A DNA stretch of 63,737 bases, filler included, from Collodictyon triciliatum (lineage: Eukaryota), in assembly GCA_043381765.1 (NCBI GenBank). It is 25 parts of 25 records of this genome, joined end to end, with 100 filler letters (N's around TTAATTAATTAA, not from the genome) between each part and the next. Parts side by side here need not be neighbours in the genome. Positions count along the whole stretch, not along the records: positions 12,798 to 15,253 come from JBHJMP010008850.1; positions 15,354 to 17,808 come from JBHJMP010008851.1; positions 17,909 to 20,363 come from JBHJMP010008852.1; positions 20,464 to 22,916 come from JBHJMP010008853.1; positions 23,017 to 25,469 come from JBHJMP010008854.1; 20 more parts are not named here. The stretch is one strand, 5' to 3'. A model generated the notes under the pieces. It was not told the DNA's origin, did not search any database, and saw only the letters and a list, made by a program, of their open reading frames with translations. Every line of letters starts with the position of its first letter. The first letter of the stretch is position 1. Of the stretch, positions 12,854 to 25,327 are shown one piece after another. The translations under genes and the position numbers were made by a program.

Positions 12854-15083
12854 ATGCTTGTTAAAAAATATGAGAGAGAAATTAAAGAGTTGAAGCAAGA
12901 ACTGGCTATGCACGACACGCTGGCCAATCGAAGTCATGGTTGGATTTTCTGTCTTTATCTCTATCTCTATCTCTATCTCTATCTCTATCTCTATCTCTAT
13001 CTCTATCTCTATCTCTATCTCTATCTCTATCTCTATCTCTATCTCTATCTCTATCATCCACGATATTATTTTTCTTATATTACACAATAATGAAATTCAA
13101 ACGATAAAAACAAAAACATGGCGTCTTTTTCAATAGTGGATTTTTCGATGTTAGCAAATGCATTTAGTTGTTTTGTACATTTAATTGTTTTTTTTAATCC
13201 CCAGTGAGCTATGAACCATATTCCGAGGAGCAACGATACGAATTGAATCGTCAAGTTAAGCAGTATATCAGCGGTGAATTGGAAGACTTGGAGGTTGTGA
13301 ACTTGCGACATATCCGAGAAATTTTCATGCAGTTTCGTGTTATTGTCCGTGGACTACAGGTATTGAGCTCGTTCTGAAATATACGATCCTTAGCTTTGTT
13401 ATATAGCAGAATGAAATAGACTTCAGAGACAATTTTTTATAGTGGTGATAAAATGCGTGTGGTTTTTCTTCTGACAATATAAATGCAGAGTGAAGTTGAC
13501 GAAAAGTCTAGAGAACCACGTGTGCATACAGCAGAACGTCGCAGTGGCAAAGAAGGAGGACTGGTGAGCATATTTTTTTTAAATATAAAGAAAGTAGATT
13601 GGGTATCTATCAAATGGAAAGATAATCAAGACCATAAAATTGAAAATGTCAAATCTCACTCTAATTATAAATTGGATTTGCTCCGCATTTGCAAACCATA
13701 GGATAGCACCAAACCCACAACAGCAGAGGAGGCTGGAGTTGGAGAAGTAGATGGCCCTGGGTTCGGTATCGCAGCCAAAGGAAAGGTGAGAACACGTAAT
13801 TTTTTTGTTTGCTCTTTTTATATGTGTATTATTTTGCTTTATTATATCTTCTTTGCTTTCCTAACAGATGCCCTTCGTGAGTATCTACGGTTGCAACTAG
13901 AAAATCCTTAAACATTTTTTATTGTAGTTTTCAATCTTGTTTCAATCATCAATTTAAGAGATAAACAATGAAAATTCAACCATTATCCAGTTTGGCGCGG
14001 CAGAAAATCTGACACTTCCTGATATTAAAGGAAGAGGCTCCAATGTCGCTCGAAAGGAAACCACTGTGTGTATTACGCTTGATATTTCCATTCTTTGATA
14101 GTTTTATGCAGAAAATTATATCTCGGTATATTTTGTTGATTTTATCATCTATCTTGTGTTGTCCTATTTCCAATCGAATCAAAACTTCCAGTCAGAAGTT
14201 GAACAAAGACCTCCGTCAGCCCCAGCAACACACAGAAGCGCCTCAAAAGTAGCAATTTGTTTTCTCTTTCTCATTTTCATTTTTTGACTTACATTCTTCT
14301 TTTAATCCAAAAAAAAAAAAAAACAAGAAAATAATAGAGACTAACGATGCGAATGTGCTGTGTTGCAATTAGAGTATCGTTCCAGATAGAAATACGGCTT
14401 TTGAGCAGTATAAGAGGGACCAAGGAGCTACTGTCAACCAGGACTTGGTGGCAAATAAAGCAACTCTGAAGGATAAGAAAAAGCAACTGAAAGACATCTC
14501 GATGAAGGTATATATACAATTATTAGTACGGCAGAAAATAGTGTCAATTTTTTGTATATGAATCTTGGAGAAAAGCTTATGATGAAAATATATGCGTCAT
14601 TTACATTTTGATATATCAATATATCTATAGGTCAACGATTGCAAGCACGAAATCGATGCAATCAAAGATTTTCTTCACAGGAAAAAGTTGGAACGAGAAA
14701 GCGACCGTCAGTCTCATATACATAATTTCTGAAATTAATTTTCATTCCCTAGTGAATCATTAATGGAAGAAAAAAACAGAACATTCCAACAATCAAATTA
14801 TCAATATATGCAGACGAAACAGTTGTAAATTGTAACGTAAGCGTGCAAAACCCAAATACGACACCAACTTTGTTTAACTGTCCGCAAATGCAGCCAACTA
14901 CCAAAACGAAGACGCAGAGGTGATTGACGAAGAAGAGTTTGCTCAAATCAAGAAGCTGCGAGAGCTCAAAAAGGACTACAAAGAGTCATATGACGCGTTG
15001 CAAATGACACGGTCGGAAGTGGACTACGTCAGCCGATTGACAGAGCAGTGTCGACAGCGCCTCATTTCAGATTTTGAAACATG
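12854..15083 (+). CDS. KIF9: Kinesin-9 family (KIF9/KLP1-like) stalk and tail, partial
   Basis: LVKKYEREIKELKQELAMHDTLANRSH / VSYEPYSEEQ...LEVVNLRHIREIFMQFR and IDEEEF...CRQRLISDFETWY match the KIF9 post-motor region. Confidence 0.88.
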
Positions 15084-15154
15084 GTACGTGCAATCACGAA
15101 TGCCTGAACAACTACACATAGGAGAAATCATGACTTTTTTTTTGTTTTGTTTTT

Positions 15155-15253
<99 letters not shown>

Positions 15254-15911
15254 NNNNNNNNNNNNNNNNNNNNNNNNNNNNNNNNNNNNNNNNNNNNTTA
15301 ATTAATTAANNNNNNNNNNNNNNNNNNNNNNNNNNNNNNNNNNNNNNNNNNNNTTTTTTTTTTTTTGTTTTTTTTGTTTTTTTTGTATTTTTTGTTTTTT
15401 TTTTGGCCTGTTGTGCGTCACGGAAAACCCAAGGACCTGAGCTTGGCCTTACAGCATATCAAAAGTCTCATGAGAAAAGGAGGAAAAGAAGAAATGGTGA
15501 AAAATGGATATGCGAGTGTGTAAAGAGAGGGAAGAAGAAACTGGCCGTCGCAAAAGCAGCTACCGTTCTCCTAGATTCTGATTGAATCATACAGCAGCAC
15601 GCGAGTAGCTTTCTTGTCTCAGAGAGAGAGTGAAGCAGCCAGAATATCAGAGATTCTTGTCGACGAGAAGTAACAGTAGTGTGTATCTAAGCAGCACAAG
15701 CGAGGGACATGTGTATGTTATATCGGCAAAGAAGAGGACCTTACAAAGCTCTTAAGATTTTTTTTTTTTTTTTTGCTTCCACTTCCCATGACCCCTTGTG
15801 ACTCTTTCTCTTTTCACTTTAAGACTTCACAGGCTCACATACACCTCATCAGACAGACCCACACCGCAAACTGCCTCAAAAAGTTAAAAGATAAAAAAAA
15901 AAACCAAGGAT

Positions 15912-15973
15912 AACCAAAGCCAACACCCCCACGGTCCAGCACAAAAGTTGAAAGGAAGAATAAAAAAAAAAAC
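15912..15973 (+). mobile_element. Family A LINE 3'-end micro-insertion with TSD
   Basis: AACCAAAGCCAACACC...TTGAAAGGAAGAAT(A)n flanked by AACCAAGGAT (15902-15911, 15974-15983). Confidence 0.8.
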
Positions 15974-16129
15974 AACCAAGGATTCCTCTTTCTCCATCGC
16001 GTTCGCCTGCAACACAAAGCAACAGATGAATGCCTGGAAACCATCTCCCCAGTTTGATTTGTTTTATGGTGCCATCACAAGTATCTGCAAAAGAGTCCCG
16101 AGGAAGCCTGATTATTATTTTTTTGAGGT

Positions 16130-16615
16130 TACAAGGAAAACCGGTGTGGAAACGGCGGCATCTGGATGAGAGTGGTAGTGAGTCAGTGTACTTCGATGAT
16201 TATAATCCAGGCAACATACTTTTCCTTGTCTCAGCTTCTCTAGCACATGCTTGCCCGTGTCAATCATGTATTCGATTTCGTGGTACTCATGCACATTCTT
16301 CCCGACGCTGAACATGTATCGTATTTGCTATTGAATTAGTTCAGAAGCTGAGTCAGATGCAAGGGAGCCGCGAGTATATTGCCTCTGTTTGCGAGATAGG
16401 ATCACGGTGTTGGGTTGAGAAAGGGAAGGAACGAAAAGAAAAGAAAAGAAAACAACCATTTTTCTGCACTCCCGCTCCATAACTCGAGGCACTTTTTCCT
16501 CCGCTTGCCGGAGAAGAAGCTTGTACAGCCTCAGCACATTTGGTTTTATCTCTGCCAGCGCCGCTTCTTTGTTTGCCTTGAACAAATACTCACGGATCGG
16601 ATTATATATCTTCAT
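16130..16615 (-). CDS. LYR-motif (Complex1_LYR/LYRM) small mitochondrial protein
   Basis: VLRLYKLLLR...ECRKM / IRYMFSVGKNVHEYHEIEYMIDTG across introns. Confidence 0.7.
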
Positions 16616-16893
16616 CGCTGGGACGATCGGCCTTCGCTTCGCGCTTCCTTCTCCTGTCTTCTTCTCCTTGCTCTTACAAAATCACAGCTATTATCAAGTC
16701 CAGCGTTTGTCTGTTGCTTCTTTTAGTCAGCGCCACACTCAAAAGCCCGTCTCACAAAGCCTTCTCTGTTTCTGCCGCGCAAGGAAATCTGGCTTCCGAT
16801 CCTTCTCCCAAAGATGCCGGCTGCGCAGAAAGTATAGTTTCCACAACCGTGCAATCTATTTCCACGTTTGTACGATCTTTTTTCCTTTCCTGT

Positions 16894-17640
16894 CTAGTGG
16901 AGCCACAACTTCAGCCGGAACGCGTCTCCGCCGTTCAGGTAGTATCGGTTGAGTCGCTTGTCTCGAACGAAGCCAAGGTTTTGGTAGAGCGCCAATGCCC
17001 CTTTGTTTGATGCCTCTGTTTCCAACATAACCTGGGATGGATGAGTCGGTGAGCGGACGCACAGAGAGTTTTCATCGCCGTTCTGGTGGGTGGATGCAAG
17101 AGAAAAACCTCGTCGCAATTGTTCCTTATCATGGACTCGATTGACAGCTGCACAAGCGCGGTGGCTGCAGTCATCATTTGAGTGGATTTGTGAATTGGTT
17201 CCCAGGAAAATATGATGTGTGGACACAGTTTCATATGTGTGCAAGAAAGGCACTAACCGATTCCTTTTTTGCGGAAGGGAATGTCTACCGCGAGCATGGC
17301 GATGTATCCGCGATTGGCCACACCCGCCGAGCCTTGATGGTTCTCCAAGCGACTCACAATGACACCAACCGTCTCGTCTCCTTTCAAGGCCTTCATCCGG
17401 CCCAGTTATTTTTGACAGAAACGTGAGTCTTACACAACGTTGCTAGTGGAAGGATTTCAGCGAAAGGTGTGTCTCATGATGTCTCACCAAGAAACTGACG
17501 AATGGCCATTGGTTCAGGAAGTAGCGATACGTGAAGATGGAGTAGGGCTCCGACAAGTCACGAGCTATGAGGGATGTGATTCTCGGGAGGAGATGTTCGC
17601 CCGTGTACTGGATAAACTCGACCCCTTCCTCCTCAATCTA
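16894..17640 (-). CDS. NAA30: N-alpha-acetyltransferase 30 (NatC catalytic subunit, Mak3)
   Basis: [37 protein letters not shown] and [45 protein letters not shown]. Confidence 0.95.
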
Positions 17641-18158
17641 TACCATTTTATCATAGGGTGAACTTTTATTATTATTTAATAAATTTTTATGATCTTTTTT
17701 ATGATCTTTTTTATGATCTTTTTTATGATCTTTTTTATGATCTTTTTTATGATCTTTTTTATGATCTTTTTTATGATCTTTTTTATGATCTTTTTTATTA
17801 TCTTTTTTNNNNNNNNNNNNNNNNNNNNNNNNNNNNNNNNNNNNNNNNNNNNTTAATTAATTAANNNNNNNNNNNNNNNNNNNNNNNNNNNNNNNNNNNN
17901 NNNNNNNNATTTTTTTCATTTTTTTCATTTTTTCATTTTTTCATTTTTTCATTTTTTCATTTTTTCATTTTTTCATTTTTTTCATTTTTTCATTTTTTCA
18001 TTTTTTCATTTTTTCATTTTTTCATTTTTTTCATTTTTTCATTTTTTCATTTTTTCATCTTTTATCTTTTATCTTTTATCTTTTATCTTTTATCTTTTAT
18101 CTTTTATCTTTTATCTTTTATCGATGATTTATTTTTTATTATGTTTCTAAAAAAAATT

Positions 18159-18203
18159 GATTGTTGAGACGGGCTCAACAGCTAATATTTTAAGAATAAA
18201 AAA
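18159..18203 (+). mobile_element. Family B 3'-end micro-insertion with TSD
   Basis: GATTGTTGAGACGGGCTCAACAGC...AGAAT(A)n matches 54044-54091. Flanked by an 18-bp repeat with 2 mismatches (18141-18158, 18204-18221). Confidence 0.75.
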
Positions 18204-19091
18204 ATGCTTCTAAATAAAATTTGCAGTACACCACCCATTTGAACAGTCACTGATGAGGGCGCGAAAGCATCTGACACGAAGGGTGTAAAACTTACGGAGA
18301 TACTCGAAGGCAAACGCCATGACAGACCACCGACGAGGTACCCTCAAATGCTTATGTGTGTTATAAAGGAAAAGAAATAGCGTCCCTTCTGCCTGCTGGG
18401 CAAATGATTTTGTCACAAGCTGCTCCTGCCTGTTTGTGATTTCCAGCAGCTGCCTGGCATCTACCGCGGGGCTCTCTGTCGACACCGTACTCTGCGGCAT
18501 CTCCAAGTACTTTCCTATCAGCAGTAATGCGTTTAGTTGCCTTTCAGGATTCAACATTAGTGCCGTCTGTTCTTTTTTATTTTGTTGAGGCTTTATGGCA
18601 CAACGAAAGTGGAATGTTATGAAGCAATCCAGCCCGGGGTCATTCAACTAATTCCCTCAAGGACTTTATGAGAAACCTCATGAAAGGTTCAGAAAAAACA
18701 TGAAAACTCATCAAGATATGTGCCAAGACTCTAAATATCCCCAGGAAATAGAAGCAACCCACAGCACGCTTGAGCATTTGTCACGTACAATACTATTTTG
18801 CGTGGCCGTGGATGTTATGTACGCCTTCCGTGTGGTAAATACGATATAGCGTGCTATTTCACCATCAGGCCCTCAAAGTCTCTCGATACTAATTTGCCGA
18901 TATTTTATTTTCTTCATTTATGAATCGTTTGTCAGTGCCAACAAATATCCGTATGAACAGGAAGGAAACTTATTTTCATTCATAAACCCCCATCATCGAA
19001 GCATCCAACGTCAACAGACAGGCTGCCAGCGCGATAAGAGGATGTTGCCAAGGATATAGCGAGTTCTTGTCATTATTGTCGCAGTTGCCGA

Positions 19092-19112
19092 TGAATCGAA
19101 TAAAGGGAAAAA
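19092..19112 (+). mobile_element. Family C 3'-end micro-insertion (~21 nt) with TSD
   Basis: TGAATCGAATAAAGGGAAAA flanked by ATTGT(C/T)GCAGTTGCCGA (19075-19091, 19113-19129). Confidence 0.7.
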
Positions 19113-21734
19113 ATTGTTGCAGTTGCCGAAGCTTTTCGATAAGACAAAATGATAGGGAGATATAGGGATTAGAGATGGGAAAAAAGCGCAATGCGCAGCC
19201 ACCTCTATCATCTCGTTGCTCTTGGCGTCGTGGATTTCTTTTCCAGCGGGCAAAGAACCAGGACATGGACAACCAAAACCTGGTCGCGCTTGTGGTATGG
19301 TCATCGGGGTCCAAGGAAGGTTTGTTAACCTGTCCGGCCTGATGCGGCCAAGGAGATTCTATTCGGAGGCTCCGTTGTGCGTCTGCATGTCGTCATCCTA
19401 AAAGGTTGTGACGTTATTCGTGCGGCATGTGACGGAGATATTACTCCATCGCCAGCATCCGAAGTTAGGCTCGAAATCCTAATTCGGAGAAAAAGCTTGC
19501 AGAATGTATGACACTATATATAATCATTTTTATATCTAATGATGTATAGGAGCTTAAATAAATTAATTTTAAAGTAAATATATATATTCCAAATTAGATT
19601 ATGTCTGTTCTGTATTAGGTCACCTGTGCTTGGTTGAAGTGGCGAACATAACTATTGAATATTCCCTTCCAGAATAGGCTGCTGCAATCAAACGCACAAA
19701 CCACCAAAGCTTTTGCTTTCGTCTTGAGAAAACCCGCAGCTGTGCGTATCTGGGCGCTTGTCATTCTCCAGCCCGTAGCATACGACTCCGCTGCTTACTT
19801 TCACAGTGACCTTCTCCGTCTCGAGGCGATCTGAGCGGAACCAAATATCCGCCGCTGAAAGTGCGGATAGGAGTTTCTATTAGCGGTCTTATGAGCGCAG
19901 TACGGAACTGCTGCCATATCCAGGCCGCTTTTTCAGGCAGCAGCTGCACATAAAAGAGAGGGCCAAAAAGATCCTTGGCTTTTTTTTTCTTTTCAAACTA
20001 GTGGCTCATGGACACGAGAAGGAACTATGGTTAATAGGCGCACAATGACCAAGATGTTTGAATGATGCGTAGTTTGATCGAGCGGTCTCCACAGGATGAA
20101 ACTGTGCACTGTAATTTACACTTTGGTCATGGGCATCTCAATGGTCGCACTGTTCATCAATGAATACTCCACGGCTGAAAAGGTGGTAGCAAACTCTCTG
20201 TATCGTTCCTTTTGTATTCATGCTCGACCGATTATTAGTGTCTCGCCAAGTTTTCTTTTTTCTTTTTTCTTTTTTCTTTTCTTTTTTCTTTTCTTTTTTC
20301 TTTTCTTTTTTCTTTTCTTTTCTTTTTTCTTTTCTTTTTTCTTTTCTTTTTTCTTTTCTTTTTNNNNNNNNNNNNNNNNNNNNNNNNNNNNNNNNNNNNN
20401 NNNNNNNTTAATTAATTAANNNNNNNNNNNNNNNNNNNNNNNNNNNNNNNNNNNNNNNNNNNNAGGTGGCTCGTCATGGCCCTGAGGGAACATGGGAAGA
20501 TAGCATGAGTTTGCAGTCTTCAAAACAGGGTTCAAAGAATCATAAAGTAAATTGGGTTATATCCTCAGTGTCCAGAGAAGACACGGCGAAGCCGTCACTT
20601 CGCAGTGTTTTTTTTTTTTTTATTATTTATTTCGCGAACAGTTAGCGGGGAAACTGCCTTTCAATTTAAGCAGAGAAGCAAAATAAGACATGCCTATTAT
20701 TTTTTTTTAATTATTCTTTGAGAGACAGCGTTCTTGTGTCTGGCTCTTTAACTTGTCGGTTGGCGGCCTTTTTTTTCTTTTTAGAAAAGTCCGAGACAAG
20801 TCGAACCCAGTCGTTATAGATTCAAGAGTAGCACAGTATGGAGGGAGGCGTTGAAGTGGTGGTTATAGACTAAGATGTCGATCGAGTTGCTTGGATTTCA
20901 GACGCTAACGCTCCTGTGCCAGTATGGACTGATTCGAAGATGGGTTGCCTTCTCCGCAGATGGGCGTTGTTGTGGACTTGATTCACGAGATTATTTTCAC
21001 AAACCACAGATGATCAATATGGGGCAAATTACTCTGGATTAAAAAACTTCTTTTACAAAAGTGGAAAACAACGAAAAACACATATATATGTTGACTTACT
21101 ATGTTTATACAGTATCGAACTTATATAAGTTGTTATGCAATTATACTTTAATAGATTTATAACTATGCCCAAGGGTTTGGCCCTCCCTAACGTGCGCTGT
21201 AAAAATCTCTGCATATACGACCAAACAAGGCCAAAAGACTGGCTCTTCAAAACACATAACAGGCTTTCTGACATGGCAAATGGAGAGGTGGGAATATGAC
21301 AAACGAGCTCTCAGCATGATATACGCTTTAAAATCCATTAGAGGTCCTGCGCTTGGGTGTAAAAGCATTTCTCTTAAGCTGAGATTGGCACACGATTTTT
21401 TTCTTTTTTTTGGTAATAGATAATCCCAGCGATTATCGCACATCCTTCTCGCAAAGCCTGATTCTTGTTTTCTGTTTAATCACCAGATCGATTTGGAGAT
21501 GAAAAACCAGAGTCACAAGTCATTTCCAAAAAAAAAAAGCAAAAGAGATATAGGAAAGGATGATAAGAAAATGATGAGGAACTCCTTGAAAATACAATAA
21601 TTAAGATGTCGATTGTTTTGCTTTTGGCAATTGGCCTAAATCAGATTTGCGCGTTTTTTCTCTCTTCAAAAACTTGTCTGACAGAGAAATCAATATATTC
21701 AGGCAGGAAAACCTTTCGTAAAATTGCATCTTGG

Positions 21735-21807
<73 letters not shown>

Positions 21808-22024
21808 CACATGTGTAAATTCCTTGCCACCCAAAACACAAAAACTCCAACCACGCAATCTGGGGGTTTCCACTGTCTTGTCCGCAGCTCATTTTTGTCC
21901 TAGAGGCGAAGGTGGTTTCCTTTACCAGCCAGGTCGATATTACTGATATATTTTCGGTCATGTTAATGGTTTTGCCAATATTAACCTTAAATCAAATAAA
22001 GGCGAAAAATAGCCTTTTTGTTAA

Positions 22025-22066
22025 TAACCCACCATCCTGCACTAAATTGAAAGGAAGAAAAAAAAA
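22025..22066 (+). mobile_element. Family A LINE 3'-end copy
   Basis: CCACCATCCTGCACTAAATTGAAAGGAAG(A)n with a degenerate flanking repeat TTTTTGT(T/C)AA. Confidence 0.7.
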
Positions 22067-22304
22067 TCATTTTTGTCAACTGAAATATCTGTCGGTTTGC
22101 TATTTTCTCTATTTTACCCATACAATAGGTTGCTAATATTCTTTAGCTACAGCTCATATTTTTCTGTCACCATTCTTGTATTTTTTCTCTCCTCACCAAT
22201 TCAAACCAAAGATCATACACGAATGGAATGAAGATAATGAAACAGTTTATTTGTTTCGAAAACACATGCCAACAAGGCATTGCGTAGGATTAATGTCGAT
22301 TGAA

Positions 22305-22916
22305 AATTTCAATTTGAGTCAAACTCTGACATTTTAACTGCACCGTGGCGTAGAGTGACTTCGTAGTTTAGTAACTTTGAATAGTTGTTTAGTAACCTGA
22401 GCCGAAGAAAATAGAAAAGAGAGTTTTAAAAAAGTTTGATGAAAGTGTTGTATTCGTATATCCAATAAACAGAAATATGAGAATATGAAGGGCGATTGAA
22501 ATCGGAGAAATTGTTGGCTAATTCATTATTCCTTTTGGCATGTCTTTTTTTTTTATTTTTTTTATTTTCCCCGATATAATTTGTGAATGATGTGCCGTAC
22601 CTCCATAAGTAGCAATATATCTCTTCCAACCTAAGATGATTTCTTGACCAAGATACACTATGTTTGGATATTCGTTTCATATATTCATCATGCTTTTTGG
22701 CCCACTGAAGCTGCGATAATAGACAAATTCGCATATGAATTGACGAACGGACAAATAATGCGCATCATTGAAAAAAATTACGGAAATCGAGTACAACGAT
22801 TTTTTTTTAGAAGTGATATATGGTACCTTGTAAACCAAGTCTGATAAATCATATTTTACTGGGATGTAATGCTTGTAAGGGATAGGCCACGAATGAAAAA
22901 ACTCATAATAAGGACC
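22305..22916 (-). CDS. Glycosyltransferase family 90 (CAP10/POGLUT/KDELC-like), 3' end
   Basis: Spliced PYYEFFHSWPIPYKHYIPVKYDLSDLVYK / LQWAKKHDEYMKRI...EEIYCYLW / RLLNNYSKLL...*, the typical GT90 C-terminal motif. Confidence 0.88.
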
Positions 22917-23259
22917 NNNNNNNNNNNNNNNNNNNNNNNNNNNNNNNNNNNNNNNNNNNNTTAATTAATTAANNNNNNNNNNNNNNNNNNNNNNNNNNNN
23001 NNNNNNNNNNNNNNNNAAAACAATAAAAACAATAAAAACAATAAAAACAATAAAAACAATAAAAACAATAAAAACAATAAAAACAATAAAAACAATAAAA
23101 ACAATAAAAACAATAGAAACAATAAAAACAATAAAAGCAATAAAAACAATAAAAAAACAATAAAAAACAATAAAAAACAATAAAAAAAATAAAAAAAATA
23201 AAAAACAATAAAAAACAATAAAAAACAATAAAAAACAATAAAAAACAATAAAAAAAAAG

Positions 23260-25327
23260 TGATGGAAATAACGACGAAACATCAAAGCCAAAGAATCACC
23301 TCGAGGCAATGAGTAAGAGTCAGTGTAGTCTTTTGCTTTTTTGAAAATATTATGACCAGACACGTTTTTCAAAAAGTCCTTTGAACCCCAACATAGAAGC
23401 GTAGCACTTGTGCGAAAACTCCACGCTCCTGCGCAGCACCAAGAGACTCGCACCAAGGAAGTGAAAGAAATGCAGGTCAACATAGAAAGAAAGAGGTATA
23501 ATCTCGATGAACTAAGAGCCTTGAAGCCAAACTATGACCCAGCAGCCCAACCAATCGAAAAATGCACAAACCTTGATATGCGCAATCGAAATATCAATTT
23601 TTTTCCTGAGGGGATATTTGAACTGTATCAACTTCAAAAACTTTGGATGGATATCAATAAAATAAGCAAAATTTCAGAAGGTGTATCAAAGTTAACATCA
23701 CTGAAATCCCTTGACATCCAACATAATTCCCTCAGTTACTTTCCTGAGGAAGTATTCTCTTTGACTGGTTTAACTTCAATTAAGTTTTCTAACAACCAGA
23801 TTGTCATTTTGAGTAATTCCATATCACGCCTAACGAATTTGAAAGAGTTTGGCTTTTCTCACAACCGGATTTCTAGTATACCACCAGGATTATCATCACT
23901 TTCACATCTCACATTTCTTAACATGTCAAATAATAACCTATCTAACCTGGATGTGGATTTCTCTTCGCTGAAAGACATGCTGGCGATGCATATGTCTGGT
24001 AATCAGTTTAGCATTCTGCCGCCTGAGATTTCACATCTCACATCAATCACATACCTTGCAGTTGAAAATAATCCTGTGAGTTATTTTTTTCTAATTAAAC
24101 GATTGTTGGACACAAGCATGGATTTTTTTAAGAATACAAATGAATTCCGAACAATGTTTTATTTGTTGATTGTTATGAGAAAGAAAAAAAGTAAAAAGTA
24201 AAAAGTAAAAAGTAAAAAGTAAAAAGTAAAAAGTAAAAAGTAAAAAGTAAAAAGTAAAAAGTAAAAAGTAAAAAGTAAAAAGTAAAAAGTAAAAAGTAAA
24301 AAAGAAACAAATTACAGAAACAAATTACAGAAACAAATTACAGAAACAAATAACAAATTATGATTTTTATGTTCAAAATGACTGAAAATGAAAAATTCGT
24401 ACTTTTAGATTGAAGAACTTCCTCCATTTCTTAAATGCCTGATCAAATTGAAAACCCTTTGCATATGCAACGTCTCAGGAAAAATCGATATAAAAAGAAG
24501 TCCAATAGGAATCACAGCTTTGCCTTGTTGGAAGAACAAATCTGAACATTATGGAGGAATACCTATCGCCGATGCAATGAAGAAACTGACTCTCTATGAA
24601 CCTGTAAGCCTCTTTCTCTATCAAGTATTTACAAGTTTACCTAAATACATACTCCAAAAGGAGAATGAGGTGACAACGGATGGATGGGTCCCAAATCATA
24701 AACAAATTGACACATGGACTATACTGGATTTGTCCGAGAAAAATCTCAAGACTATCCCTACCTCTGTATCATTATTAACAAACATAAACTGGCTGCATCT
24801 ACATTCAAACCCCGTAAGTTTATTTAAGTTCCTAGTTACAAATTATTCCGATAGACGCAGATTAAATCACAACTTATATGCTTGATAAAAACCATCGTAA
24901 GATTGAGGAACTTCCTCCATGGATGACTGCTTTGAAAAAGCTGAAAGACTTTTGCATTGAATACTTTGGGAGAACTAACGTCAAAAGAGCTCCAGAAGGA
25001 ATGACTTTGCTTCCATGCTATAAATACTTCAACAAGACCAGCAGCATGGCATCAACCTTTGCAGAGACAGTCAAAAAGATCGAATTTTACAATCCCGTAT
25101 TGCATCCTTACCTTTCATTATGAATTTTTGAGTGCATGTGAAATACTATTAATATCTTTACTTAGGCAATATACTGGGGTAATAAATTGTTGGATGTCTC
25201 TTGGAATTCTGAAGAAAATTGTGTTTATGTTGAGGAGATAGATCTATCTAACCAAAAGCTTAGTTGCTTACCGAGCCGTTTTATTCAACTTACTAGACTC
25301 CACTCTGTCAATATCAGTTCTAATTGT
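23260..25327 (+). CDS. Leucine-rich repeat protein, partial, with duplicated exon modules
   Basis: LxxLxLxxNxI/LxxLP repeats in exon 23397-24075. Further exons at about 24409-24603, 24661-24813, 24902-25096 and 25166-25327. Confidence 0.9.

Noticed and set aside
18210-18647. 145-aa minus-strand ORF
   Set aside because: No recognisable motif, no ATG at the predicted start and no clear exon context.
19401-19413. 13-mer AAAGGTTGTGACG shared with 56501-56513
   Set aside because: Isolated 13-mer matches are expected by chance in a window of this size, and there is no flanking similarity.
19335-19480. Hammerhead ribozyme (CTGATG...GAAA)
   Set aside because: The core reads CTGATGC rather than CTGATGA, and no consistent stem II/III arrangement could be built.
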